From NCBI GenBank assembly GCA_963790205.1, contig CAWBNQ010000003.1, positions 1 through 64,000 of the forward strand: DNA of 64,000 nt, written 5' to 3'. A program made the position numbers and the translations under genes. The notes beneath the pieces are model-generated. The model was not told the origin of the DNA and did no database searches. It saw only the letters and a program-made list of their open reading frames with translations. Source of the stretch: Nitrospirota bacterium (GTDB lineage Bacteria; Nitrospirota; UBA9217). How positions within the stretch are numbered: the first letter of the stretch is position 1; every line of letters starts with the position of its first letter. Shown here piece after piece: positions 43,929 through 53,631 of this stretch.

Positions 43929-44018
43929 CTTCACAGGAACGCGGAAAACGTGTATAATTACCCGGTCTTTTCCCCGCACAACGGGAAGGATTAATTTCAT
44001 TTCAGGAGGCATCACAAA

Positions 44019-44969
44019 ATGTTTCGTCCTCAGATAAAGGTCCTCGACTGCACGGTCCGCGACGGCGGCTTGATCAACCAGTGGCAGTTCAGCGACGATT
44101 TCGTCCGGAAGGTCTTTATCGCCCTTTCGAAGGCGGGTGTCGACTATATGGAGATAGGATACAAGTCTTCGGAAAAATGCTTTTCCCGGAGTGAAAACGG
44201 CGCATGGAAGTTCTGCTCCGAGGATGACCTGAAGCGGGTCGTCGGCGGCCTCGACAGGACGATGAAATTGTCCGCCATGGCGGACATCGGCCGTATCGAG
44301 CACGAAGACATCCCCAAAAAGAGCGAGAGCGCCCTCGACATGATCAGGGTGGCCTGCTATGCGAAAGAGGTCGATAAGGCGATCAGCCTCGCACACCACT
44401 GCATGGAGAAGGGCTACGAGACGACGATCAACCTCATGGCGGTCTCGAAGGTCCTCGAAAAGGACCTCGATGACGCGCTCGCGGACCTCGCGAAAAGCGA
44501 CGTGCCGGTCATCTATCTCGTCGACAGTTTCGGCGCGATGTATTCGGAGCAGGTCCAGTTTTTCGCGAAGAAATACCAGGCTGCGCTTCCGGGCAAAGAA
44601 CTCGGCATCCATACCCACAATAATCAGCAGCTCGCCTTTTCGAACACGATCGACGGGATCGTCGCGGGGATCAACCGCCTCGACGCGACCATCTACGGAA
44701 TGGGGCGCGGCGCCGGCAACTGTCCTCTGGAGCTTCTGCTCTCGTTCCTCAAAAACCCCAAGTTCGACATAACGCCCATCATCGAGATCATTCAGGAGAT
44801 CTTCATCCCCATGAAGGCAAAGGTGGAGTGGGGGTACCATATCCCCTATATGATCACGGGGATCCTGAACGAACATCCCAGAAGCGGGATGAAGGCCATG
44901 TCCGCGAAGAAGCTTCCCGACCTCAAAAAGTTTTACGAAGATCTCAGGGACGGCACTCCCTTGGACTAA
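44019..44969 (+). CDS. DRE-TIM aldolase-domain protein (4-hydroxy-2-oxovalerate aldolase-like)
   Basis: LDCTVRDGG, YLVDSFG, GIHTHNNQQLA, GMGRGAGN. Confidence 0.88.
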   Translation: MFRPQIKVLDCTVRDGGLINQWQFSDDFVRKVFIALSKAGVDYMEIGYKSSEKCFSRSENGAWKFCSEDDLKRVVGGLDRTMKLSAMADIGRIEHEDIPKKSESALDMIRVACYAKEVDKAISLAHHCMEKGYETTINLMAVSKVLEKDLDDALADLAKSDVPVIYLVDSFGAMYSEQVQFFAKKYQAALPGKELGIHTHNNQQLAFSNTIDGIVAGINRLDATIYGMGRGAGNCPLELLLSFLKNPKFDITPIIEIIQEIFIPMKAKVEWGYHIPYMITGILNEHPRSGMKAMSAKKLPDLKKFYEDLRDGTPLD

Positions 44970-45099
44970 GAAGAAAAAAAATTCAGACAAAATAAATATT
45001 ATTCTCAAAGAGCACATTGTATCCCGCGGTTCGAATACCCTCCCGCGGCCGGTGATATGCTTTAGTGAGAAGCTTAGTGCGTCTGAGGAGGTAAAAACC

Positions 45100-45421
45100 A
45101 TGAAAGGATTCTCATGCGCAAACCGGGGGAAAACTGCACGGTGGTCTTGACGGCCCGAACGGAAGAGCGGCTTGTTGAACTGGCATCGCTCCATCTGCAC
45201 GAAGTCCACGGGACGACGTCGCTTTCGCAGGAAAAGGTGGCCGATATCAGGAAGCACTTTGCAAGCCGGCCGACTGCGGACGTCGCCAGGGTCGTTGATC
45301 GCATCTTCGAGAAATACAACTGCAATGGAGAACCCGAGTGCAGCTGGCGGTACACAGCAGAAGCCGAGATTATCCTGAACGGCGGCAAGAGGGCTCACAC
45401 GCGGAGCTCAAGGCAGACTGA
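45100..45421 (+). pseudogene. DUF1059-like protein with frameshifts
   Basis: GAGGAGG RBS + ATG 45100 (MKGFSC) is out of frame with C..VLTARTEERLVELASLHLHEVHG; a second shift is likely near 45405. Confidence 0.55.
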
Positions 45422-45548
45422 CGACCGCGCTCCGCGCGCCTGGACGGACTTGTCCAGCGCACAATTCCCCCTAACGTTCTTTAATAAAATAAGGCCGGCG
45501 GAAACGTTCCCGCCGGCCTTTCATCAGCATGGGGCCCCCCTGAGCTGC

Positions 45549-45866
45549 TTACCCGCCGAGATATCCGCCGGCAAAGTCGGGAGTCGATGTGTCGGCCGGA
45601 CCCACTGAAACGGTGTTGTCCTCATACTCAGTCTCTGCCGAGCCTTTCCAGTCATAGGAACAGGCATGCGACAGGATCTGGATCTTCCAGTCGATCTGCT
45701 CGACAAGCTCGCCAAGATGCCGCTCGTAGAGCCCGGAAAGATTATCCTGCGCTTTGTAGGTGCGTGCGAGATCGTCCCGCAACGCTTCAATCCTTTTTTT
45801 CACGTCTGAAAGTCCGCTAAATACGTTATCACAAACACCCTTTTTTATGTCTTTAACAGCTGCCAT
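45549..45866 (-). CDS. conserved hypothetical protein
   Basis: GAGGAGG RBS; helical 105-aa protein ending DFAGGYLGG; hairpin downstream. Confidence 0.75.
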   Translation of the reverse strand: MAAVKDIKKGVCDNVFSGLSDVKKRIEALRDDLARTYKAQDNLSGLYERHLGELVEQIDWKIQILSHACSYDWKGSAETEYEDNTVSVGPADTSTPDFAGGYLGG

Positions 45867-46044
45867 AGTTGCCTCCTCACGTAAACGGTCGGCAGAGTGC
45901 ATTTCCTCTCCGCCGCCACACTGTATCGTTTCATACTTATACTATAGCACCTTCCGGCACTCGCCGCGAAAAAAGAGGACCACAATGGTATTTTTTTATA
46001 TGCGTTGCTCGTAGACCGGTCCTCCCGTCCCTTGTTATGAGACA

Positions 46045-46410
46045 TCAGACAAAAGACTCAGGAACTCTTGTGTCTGATGATGGATAATGAAAGAAATCGG
46101 CATAATATGCCCGACCCAAGCCCGCAATAATGCTGCGATCTGAAAGGCCGTTTATTTTCGTCATCATCTTTTCGGGGACAAGGCCGTAGTAATCCATCAG
46201 GCGCTGTCGAAGCGTTTTGGGCTCAAGCGTCCGTTGTATCTCGACCAGATCGGTTGGCCGGCCGGAGAGTTCAGTCGTCCGGGCCTTGGGCGCGGCGGGC
46301 AGGAGAACAGCGCCTCGGCTGGCCTCGCGAAGGAGGAAACGGCGGTCAGCGCGCAGGGATAATTCGAGAGCGACTTGGCATGGAAGGCACGCATTCAGGA
46401 TGCATTTCAT
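46045..46410 (-). CDS. hypothetical protein
   Basis: ORF MKCILNACLPC... with a GAGGAG RBS; no recognised motif. Confidence 0.4.
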   Translation of the reverse strand: MKCILNACLPCQVALELSLRADRRFLLREASRGAVLLPAAPKARTTELSGRPTDLVEIQRTLEPKTLRQRLMDYYGLVPEKMMTKINGLSDRSIIAGLGRAYYADFFHYPSSDTRVPESFV

Positions 46411-46549
46411 GAGTATCTTCTCCTCTCTGTCGGTGCCAAGCATATCATGCGGCCGTCTTGACTTTTCCCGTTGATTATTCTTGCGACGGCAACGGAGGAA
46501 TGGTATGCTGTGCCCGACGTCATCAAGTTGGTAACCACGAGGAGGAAGC

Positions 46550-47515
46550 ATGAAACCCAGGTTGATCGCTTCAGTTGCAGTGATGCTGTTTTTTTCAATG
46601 ACATCCCCCTGCTTTGCGGATGTCGACCTGTGCTCTCAGAATGCAGGGCTGGGGAGGACCGCTGACACTATTAAAGAATGCACCCGGCAGATCAACGGCA
46701 AGGTGAAAGCGGAAAATCTTGCGCGCTCCTATCTGTTCCGCGGACTAGCCTACCAGATCACCGGCCGGTTCGACGAGGCCCTGTCCGATTTCACCAAGGC
46801 CATCAAGCTGGCCCCGAAAGACGACAAAGCATACAATGACCGTGGGAGCACCTACCTGATCAAGGGCCGGCTTGACCAGGCCATCGCCGATTTCAACGAG
46901 GCGATCAGGCTGAATCCTAACAACGCGCACGCGTACTTCAACCGCGGAACCGTCAGCCAGGCACTGGGCCGGACCGACCAGGCCATCGGCGATTTCACCA
47001 GGGCGATTGAGCTGGACCCGGCGAATGCACGCGCATATTTGGGCCGTGGGACCGCCTATTTGTCAAATGACAGGACCGAGGAGGCCATCGCGGATTTCAG
47101 CAAGGCCATCGAGCTCAATCCGGGCTACGACGAGGCCTACAGCAACCGCGGTGCCGCCTATATGGCTAAGGGGCAGTTCGACCGGGCCATCCCTGAATTC
47201 AGCAAGGCCGTTGAGCTCAACCCGAACTACGACGAGGCCTACAGCAACCGCGGGGCCGCCTATATGGCCAAGGGGCAGTTCGACCGGGCCGCTGACGATT
47301 ACAGTAAGGCCATCGAGCTGAACCCGAAAGACGCCTCGGCCTATTACAACATGGCCTGTCTTCATTCCGTGAGGGGAAATGTACAAGAATCCTGTACCTG
47401 GCTCCAGAAAGCCGTTGATAAGGGATACGACAAGTGGGAGCACATGAAGAAAGATCCTGATCTTAAGAATGTTCGCGAAGCCGCGTGCTATAAGAAGATT
47501 ATGGAAGGCAAATGA
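46550..47515 (+). CDS. exported TPR-repeat protein
   Basis: Signal peptide; about seven 34-aa AYxNRG..AIADF.KAIELNP repeats; YYNMAC cap. Confidence 0.93.
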   Translation: MKPRLIASVAVMLFFSMTSPCFADVDLCSQNAGLGRTADTIKECTRQINGKVKAENLARSYLFRGLAYQITGRFDEALSDFTKAIKLAPKDDKAYNDRGSTYLIKGRLDQAIADFNEAIRLNPNNAHAYFNRGTVSQALGRTDQAIGDFTRAIELDPANARAYLGRGTAYLSNDRTEEAIADFSKAIELNPGYDEAYSNRGAAYMAKGQFDRAIPEFSKAVELNPNYDEAYSNRGAAYMAKGQFDRAADDYSKAIELNPKDASAYYNMACLHSVRGNVQESCTWLQKAVDKGYDKWEHMKKDPDLKNVREAACYKKIMEGK

Positions 47516-47576
47516 CTTTGAACACGCCCGGTCCGATCGTCGTTGCGAACGGAAAAGGCGTCTCCCCTGAGACAAG

Positions 47577-47612
47577 AAAAAGCCGGCACGGTTCACGTTC
47601 CTGCCGGCTTTT
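47577..47612. terminator. bidirectional intrinsic terminator
   Basis: aaaagccggca...tgccggctttt. Confidence 0.75.
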
Positions 47613-47624
47613 ATTACCGCATAT

Positions 47625-47930
47625 AAAAAAAGGCGTTGCTTCTGGACGCGTATTCAACCCCTCCGTTGCGCCTTCGAGAAGATAGTGCGATAAGCATCGC
47701 ACTCATGTTCCCGGACCTGCGCTGCAGGCCCGGAAGGGCCGGCTTTCCTCACCGGCGTCTTCTTGGGCCTTGGGAACTCCCGCATTCCGGACTTTCGTCG
47801 TCGTGCGGCGGGGGATCCTTGCAGCCTTGCGGCTTTCGGTCCCCTCAGCTCGGGGATGACTCAAAGCCGGCGCTTAAAGTCCTCAACGGATATACATACG
47901 TGAACCTTTCGGTTTCCATCCGGCAACGCC
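47625..47930 (-). ncRNA. unassigned ~300-nt structured RNA candidate, copy A
   Basis: Closing helix GGCGUUGC/GCAACGCC + U7; GNRA hairpins (AACC-GAAA-GGUU, AGCC-GCAA-GGCU, GAC-GAAA-GUC); homologous to 48926-49240. Confidence 0.7.
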
Positions 47931-47952
47931 TTTTTACTATCCTTTTAAATAA

Positions 47953-47962
47953 ATTATACCAC
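47953..47962 (-). promoter_or_regulatory. extended -10 promoter motif (GTGGTATAAT) for RNA copy A
   Basis: Plus-strand attataccac, about 22 bp upstream of the closing helix. Confidence 0.7.
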
Positions 47963-48020
47963 GGTTCCGGAATCATGAAATACTTCCTTAGGATTATTCT
48001 TATAGCGCATCAAGCTTACC

Positions 48021-48740
48021 CTATTCCTTCGAGGCTATAAAAAAAATATTTTGCGTTAAGAACGGAAGGAGGGCTGCCAGCACCGTGTCGATAAGGTTAT
48101 AGGCGGAGCAGAACAGCCTGCTGTTCTTGATAAAATCCGGCAATCCGGAAAGCATGGTCCGGGGCACTGCACTGTACTGGCCGATTTCGAGCAGCCTGAA
48201 ACCGGATTCGTCCAACAAATGAATGACGTCTCGCCTGGCATACAGATAGTTGTGGCGATACCGCGGCAATTTCAAGACGGTGACGAGATATTCTATCCAT
48301 GAATATTTACTGGGCAGGTGAAAGCAAAATAATTTGCCCTTCGGTTTTAATACGCGCTTGAGCTCCCCCAAGGAGGCCAGCTCATTTCCGCCGGTATCCC
48401 TGACATGTTCCAAAACACCGACGGAAAAGACTGCGTCAAAGGTCTCCGGAGCAAAAGGCAAGGAGCAAGGGTCCGTGTGCAGGCGGTAATTAAATGTTGT
48501 CGGCCACTGTCTCCGCAGCTCCGATTCTATCTTAAGGTTGTCCTCGATACTGTAGGCGGTGACGTTCATCCCGTTTTTCAGCAAAAAATACGTAAAGCGT
48601 CCATCGCCGCTGCCCCAGTCCAGGACCGTGGATTGCTGCGGCAGGTTTGCCAGCGTTTTCTCGAAAACGCGGCGATATCCCGCCGCTGTAGTTATATTAT
48701 CGAATAAACCGAGTTGCTTAAGGTCTTGATAAATAGTCAT
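48021..48740 (-). CDS. class I SAM-dependent methyltransferase
   Basis: VLDWGSGDG, LPFAPETFDAV, GVLEHV, RVLKPKG; AT-richer than core genes. Confidence 0.9.
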   Translation of the reverse strand: MTIYQDLKQLGLFDNITTAAGYRRVFEKTLANLPQQSTVLDWGSGDGRFTYFLLKNGMNVTAYSIEDNLKIESELRRQWPTTFNYRLHTDPCSLPFAPETFDAVFSVGVLEHVRDTGGNELASLGELKRVLKPKGKLFCFHLPSKYSWIEYLVTVLKLPRYRHNYLYARRDVIHLLDESGFRLLEIGQYSAVPRTMLSGLPDFIKNSRLFCSAYNLIDTVLAALLPFLTQNIFFIASKE

Positions 48741-48925
48741 GGACCCTCTGTCTCCGAGAGTTTGTTTTATATTTACGGAGTGAAACAGCGTACTATAAAA
48801 AGGGTAAAATTGCAAGAATTTTAGCCGAATTTGGGGCGGGATCCGATTAAGACTTCTTTTACTTCGGGAAGAGGGGACGTCGTCCTTGAATGAGGCGGGC
48901 AACAAGTTTCAGTATCGGGGGAAAC

Positions 48926-49240
48926 AAAAAAAGGCGCTGCCTGCGAACCGGTTTTTAAACATTCCGTCGGGCCATGGTTACTGAGCGGGTACTCAATGTT
49001 CGCTTCTACGGCTCCGCTGAACGGACCCTGCGAAGCTCATTGTCCTTTTGCCCGCTTTCACCGCTGGCTTTGGGGCTTTCGGCTCTTCCGGTCTTACGGC
49101 GACCTGTGCGGCAGCCGGAAGACCGGCCGCTCAACTTGCAGCCTCCTTTCCGGCTTCGGACGCCCGTGATTCCCGGTGCCTGATTCCCCTCATAACGGGT
49201 TTAAAATACATACACCTATCGGTGTTGGTTCGGCAACGCC
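48926..49240 (-). ncRNA. unassigned ~310-nt structured RNA candidate, copy B
   Basis: Closing helix GGCGUUGCC/GGCAGCGCC + U7; ACACC-GAUA-GGUGU; UUUUAAAC/GUUUAAAA; motif order collinear with copy A. Confidence 0.7.
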
Positions 49241-49306
49241 CTGCGAACCTTTCTCTTACTTCACCACTTTCAAAGAACGATCACCATGCCGCTTATCTTT
49301 ATCATC

Positions 49307-49316
49307 ATTATACCAC
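49307..49316 (-). promoter_or_regulatory. extended -10 promoter motif (GTGGTATAAT) for RNA copy B
   Basis: Same attataccac decamer as upstream of copy A. Confidence 0.65.
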
Positions 49317-49356
49317 TTTTATGAATAAGCGGCCGGTATTTTTCGCGAGATTTATC

Positions 49357-49385
49357 TTGACCCCCCGGACAAATGCCTTTAAAAT
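49357..49385 (+). promoter_or_regulatory. sigma70 promoter
   Basis: TTGACC-17bp-TAAAAT just upstream of ATG 49399. Confidence 0.6.
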
Positions 49386-49398
49386 TTCAGCACTCATT

Positions 49399-50925
49399 AT
49401 GACGTCGATACGTCCAACCAAAGAAGCATTTCTCGAAGCAACGGGACAAGGAACGATACTCCCGCTCTCGTTCGAGCTCGGACAGCCGGACCTGACGCCG
49501 GTCGCTGCGCTGGAGGCTGTCCGGGCCGCGGGCCATTCGGCGCTTCTCGAGAGCGCCCGCGTGAACGATAAGACCGGCAGGTATTCGTTCGTCACCGCTG
49601 ATCCGTACCTGATATTCCGCTCAAAAGGTGACACGGTCGAGCTCAGTCTCCCCGCGACCCCCGCGGGCAGATACGGCAGGCGCGCAACGATGAAAAGGAG
49701 GCCGCTCCAAAAACTGCGCGAGCTCATGTCCAATTACCGGACCGCACAGAGACCGGACCTGCCGCCCTTCACCGGCGGCGCCATCGGTTTTTTTTCGTAT
49801 GACTTTGTGCGCCAGTTCGAGAAGCTCCCGCGGAGGGCCGACGCGGATCTCGACATTCCCGAGGCCTGCTTTATCTTCGTGGACCTGGTAATCGCCTTCG
49901 ACCATGTCCTGAACAAGGCCTGGGTGATCGTGAACCCCGGGGCCCGTGAACAGGAGATGGGCTTCCGCAGGCCCGATCCTGGCCAATGGGAGCGGTTCTA
50001 TGATGAAGCAGCGGATAAGCTTATAGCGTACGGCTCGAAGCTCGCGGCAGCGGATAGGAAGGGCGATGTCCTGTTTTCGGGAAAAAGCGATCCCGAACGT
50101 TTCCGCCTCTCGCCGAACATGACAAAAGACCGCTTCGAGTCCATGGTCGCCCGCTGCAAGGAATATATCGCGGCAGGCGACATCTACCAGGCAAACCTCT
50201 CCCAGCGTCTCTCGGTGAACATCGGCGACGCGGACCCGCTCCGTTTGTACAGGATCCTCCGCGAAATCAACCCCTCTCCCTTCGCGGCTTATCTTGATTT
50301 CGGAGAGGTAACGCTCGTGAGCTCTTCGCCCGAGCGGCTCATCCGCCTGAGAAACGGTACGGCTGATACGCGTCCGATCGCGGGCACCCGCAGGCGCGGC
50401 AGGGACCGGGTTGAAACCGAGGAGCTTTCCGCCGAGCTTCTGGCGAATGAAAAGGAGCGCGCCGAGCACATCATGCTCCTGGACCTCGAGCGCAACGACC
50501 TGGGGAAGGTCTGCGATTACGGGTCGGTGCGGGTCGACGAGATGATGGTCGTCGAGGATTACTCGCACGTGATCCATATTGTTTCGAACGTGCGCGGCCT
50601 GCTCACGGCCGGGAGGGACGCCTTCGACCTCGTGCGGGCCGTGTTCCCGGGCGGCACGATCACGGGCGTGCCCAAGGTGCGCTGCATGGAGATCATCGAC
50701 GAACTCGAGCCGGTGGCGCGCGGTCCCTATACCGGCTCCATCGGCTATATTTCAAACGCCGGCGACATGGACCTGAACATCATCATCAGGACCTTCGTGA
50801 TCAAAGACGGAAGGGCGCACCTTCAGGTCGGCGCCGGCATTGTCGCCGATTCCGATCCGGAACGCGAGTACCATGAGACCCTGCAGAAGGCCGAGGCGCT
50901 GAGAACGGCCCTGGAGAGGCTCTAG
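49399..50925 (+). CDS. aminodeoxychorismate/anthranilate synthase component I family (PabB/TrpE)
   Basis: ALLES, GDIYQANLS, NPSPF, SSPER, RPIAGT, KERAEHIML.DLERND, FPGGTITGVPK. Confidence 0.93.
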   Translation: MTSIRPTKEAFLEATGQGTILPLSFELGQPDLTPVAALEAVRAAGHSALLESARVNDKTGRYSFVTADPYLIFRSKGDTVELSLPATPAGRYGRRATMKRRPLQKLRELMSNYRTAQRPDLPPFTGGAIGFFSYDFVRQFEKLPRRADADLDIPEACFIFVDLVIAFDHVLNKAWVIVNPGAREQEMGFRRPDPGQWERFYDEAADKLIAYGSKLAAADRKGDVLFSGKSDPERFRLSPNMTKDRFESMVARCKEYIAAGDIYQANLSQRLSVNIGDADPLRLYRILREINPSPFAAYLDFGEVTLVSSSPERLIRLRNGTADTRPIAGTRRRGRDRVETEELSAELLANEKERAEHIMLLDLERNDLGKVCDYGSVRVDEMMVVEDYSHVIHIVSNVRGLLTAGRDAFDLVRAVFPGGTITGVPKVRCMEIIDELEPVARGPYTGSIGYISNAGDMDLNIIIRTFVIKDGRAHLQVGAGIVADSDPEREYHETLQKAEALRTALERL

Positions 50926-50998
50926 CAGGGCTTTTTCCCGTTGCAACTTTAACCCACTTGCGCTATAGTGTCAAAATATTTAGGGAAAGGAGCGCTGT

Positions 50999-52906
50999 AT
51001 GTTCATTGTGGAGCTTGTCATGCAGGGGGTGCGGGGTATCCGTGAGCTGGCCCGTCTCAGGTTCAAGAGCGGCTTCAATTTCGTCGCCGCCGGCAATGAA
51101 TCGGGAAAAACCTCGTCAGTGGACTCAGTGCTGAGGCTCCTCTTTCCGAGCAACGAGCCGCAGGTGATCGATTCCCTCCTGTCGAAACACACTCCCGATG
51201 CGTCACGCGCGGCCCTCGTGGCGTATTCCGATGACGGGGCGTACTACCGGGTGATCGAGGACTTCTCGAAACGCGCGGTCAACCTGTCCCGGTATAATGC
51301 CTCCACCAAAGATTTTACCTTGATGCAAAAGGACTGGGATAACACGGCCCGGTTCATGACAGAACTTACCGGGGGAATTTCGGAAGGCGAATACAACAAG
51401 CTGTATGTCTTCCGGCGGGAACAGTACACGGTCCGGTCCGGCCGCGTTTCTTCGCCGGCCGCGCCGCCGCCCCCCACCCCTGCCAAACACGCCGCCCCGG
51501 CCCCGGCAAAGGGCAAGACGGCGGCGCTTGAAGCCCGGCTCGCCGAGCTTCGCGGAATGCTCCAGAAGGCGGAGGAAGCGGCGGACGCCGACTATAAGCT
51601 GCAGTCGGGCAAGCTCAGGCTTGAGGAAATCAGGAAAAAACTGGAGACGATCGAGGACATCAACAACCGCTTCGCGGACATCGACGCGAACGTCGAGGCG
51701 CTCAAAGGGTGCACGACGCTGCCCGAGGACCTTGGCGAAGTTCTCGCAGAGCACGAACGCCGTCAAGGCGAGAAGATGGCCCGGTCCGACGAATTGAACA
51801 AGGAAATCGCGGGGCTGCACGCGCAGATCGATTCCGTGCCGCGGGTGAACGTAGCGACCGATCCGCTGTTCCTCGCCGGCGCTGCCGTGGGGGCGCTCTC
51901 GGTCGTCGCCGCGCTGTTCCTGCTGTCCGAGGAGCAGAGGGATTATTTTCCCCTCGGCATCCTCGTTGCCCTCGTGTTTATCGCTGCTGCGTGGTACAAG
52001 GGATCGCGGAAGAGCACCGAGCGGAACATGCTGGCCAAAGAGGCGGAAGGGATAGAGGCCGAACTCGCTAATCTCGAAAAAAGTTTTGAACAGGGCGGGA
52101 CCGCCATCGCGGCCTGCATGAAGGCAACCAACTCGTCCACCACGTCAGAGCTCAAGGAGAAGGCCGAAAATTACCGTTATTTTCTCTCGATGCGGGACGA
52201 CATCGACGAACAGCGGAAACGCATGCTCGACGGCCGCTCGGCCGACGACCTGCAGGCGGAGTACGGCAAGCAGCAGCAGGAGGTTGTCGAGCTCGAAAAG
52301 GCCGCGGCCGCCCTTGCGCAGTACAATATAGATACCTATGCCATCAAGCAGGATATCGAGCGGGTGGAGTCCGAGATGTCCGGCGGGGCGACCGCGGATT
52401 TCAGCAACAGCGGACAGGAACTTTCCGATAATTTCGTTTTTGCCGCACCGCTCCCCGCCGATGGGCCGGCCGGATTTCTCGCCGAGCTCGGCGTCGCGAG
52501 CCGGATCGGCGGCATCGAGCTGGAGACGCTCATCCCCGCGGTAGAGGCCGCTGCGCAGCGGAACCTTTCGGCGGCCACGGGCGGGAAGTACGTCCGGATC
52601 GAAGCGGGGCATGAAGGCGATCCCGTCGTGCATGCGCAGGACGATTCCCCGGTCCGGTATTCGGAACTGAGCCACGGGACGAAGGACCTGATCTATTTTT
52701 GCCTGAGGACGGGGCTCGTCGAAGCGCTCGCAGGCAAGCGCAGGCTGCCGTTCCTTCTGGACGATCCGCTCGCGGGGTTCGATCCCGCGCGGCAGCAGGC
52801 GGCATGCCAGATCCTTCGCGGTCTCGGCGCAAAGACCCAGGTGCTCCTGTTTACCTCGAACCCCGCGCTCAAGGCGGCCGGTGACGCCGCGGCGGAGCTC
52901 AAGTAA
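50999..52906 (+). CDS. SMC/Rad50-like (YhaN-type) ATPase with central TM hairpin
   Basis: GNESGKTS Walker A, coiled coils, two TMs, LSHGT signature, LLDDP Walker B. Confidence 0.85.
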   Translation: MFIVELVMQGVRGIRELARLRFKSGFNFVAAGNESGKTSSVDSVLRLLFPSNEPQVIDSLLSKHTPDASRAALVAYSDDGAYYRVIEDFSKRAVNLSRYNASTKDFTLMQKDWDNTARFMTELTGGISEGEYNKLYVFRREQYTVRSGRVSSPAAPPPPTPAKHAAPAPAKGKTAALEARLAELRGMLQKAEEAADADYKLQSGKLRLEEIRKKLETIEDINNRFADIDANVEALKGCTTLPEDLGEVLAEHERRQGEKMARSDELNKEIAGLHAQIDSVPRVNVATDPLFLAGAAVGALSVVAALFLLSEEQRDYFPLGILVALVFIAAAWYKGSRKSTERNMLAKEAEGIEAELANLEKSFEQGGTAIAACMKATNSSTTSELKEKAENYRYFLSMRDDIDEQRKRMLDGRSADDLQAEYGKQQQEVVELEKAAAALAQYNIDTYAIKQDIERVESEMSGGATADFSNSGQELSDNFVFAAPLPADGPAGFLAELGVASRIGGIELETLIPAVEAAAQRNLSAATGGKYVRIEAGHEGDPVVHAQDDSPVRYSELSHGTKDLIYFCLRTGLVEALAGKRRLPFLLDDPLAGFDPARQQAACQILRGLGAKTQVLLFTSNPALKAAGDAAAELK

Positions 52907-53548
52907 ATGAAGGGGGTCTTCATCACGTTCGAAGGCATCGAAGGCTCCGGCAAGTCCACGCAGATCGTCCTGCTCGCGAATTACCTCGCCTCGCGCGTAA
53001 AAGGCGTAACGCTCACCCGGGAGCCCGGCGGCACGGAAATAGGCGACCAGATAAGAAAGATCCTGCTCGACCCCGCAAACAGCGCGCTCGATCCCGGGGC
53101 GGAACTGCTCCTCTATGCCGCGGCGCGGGCACAACACCTGGAAGAGCTGGTCCGTCCCGATCTCGAATCGGGCAGGATCGTCCTGTGCGACCGCTACTCG
53201 GACGCAACCCTCGCCTATCAGGGCTACGGACGGGGACTTGACGTGGACATGATCCGCGCACTCGACCGTATGGTGACTGCCGGACTGCGGCCTGACCTTA
53301 CGGTCCTTCTCGACATCGATGCGGCCGCGGGGCTCGCGCGCGCACGGGGAAGAAACAACAGTTGCGGCCTTGAGGCGGAGGCGCGGTTCGAGAACGAAGA
53401 CCTGGCCTTTCATGAGCGGGTGCGGCGGGGATATCTCACGCTCGCGAAGAACGAGCCGGACCGTTTTCGCGTGGTGGAGGCAAAAGCGGCCCCCGATGAA
53501 ATACAGAACCGCATCAGGAAGATCGTTGACGACATCCTGAACGCATAA
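52907..53548 (+). CDS. tmk: thymidylate kinase
   Basis: FITFEGIEGSGKSTQ, TREPGG, CDRY, AYQG. Confidence 0.97.
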   Translation: MKGVFITFEGIEGSGKSTQIVLLANYLASRVKGVTLTREPGGTEIGDQIRKILLDPANSALDPGAELLLYAAARAQHLEELVRPDLESGRIVLCDRYSDATLAYQGYGRGLDVDMIRALDRMVTAGLRPDLTVLLDIDAAAGLARARGRNNSCGLEAEARFENEDLAFHERVRRGYLTLAKNEPDRFRVVEAKAAPDEIQNRIRKIVDDILNA

Positions 53549-53631
53549 GCGCATTGGAAATTGAAGATTGAAAAATAAAAAATGAGAGGCCATCGCTCGA
53601 CCGTGCAATTTGCAATTTCCAATTTTCAATT

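Noticed and set aside
43449..45398. Long antisense ORFs (649 aa here; also 16216-17493, 52145-53629, 58517-59953)
   Set aside because: Shadow frames of GC-rich, codon-biased genes on the opposite strand.
47636..48040. 134-aa plus-strand ORF, and the 49048-49398 extension of the pabB-like ORF
   Set aside because: They overlap the structured elements, are not conserved between copies and have no protein motifs; the pabB-like gene has a promoter just before ATG 49399.
47625..49240. RNase P RNA, retron msr-msd or group II intron identity for the paired RNAs
   Set aside because: GAAAGUCCGG and GAGGAAAGCCGG occur only in copy A and in the wrong order for P4; no reverse transcriptase nearby; no domain V shared by both copies.
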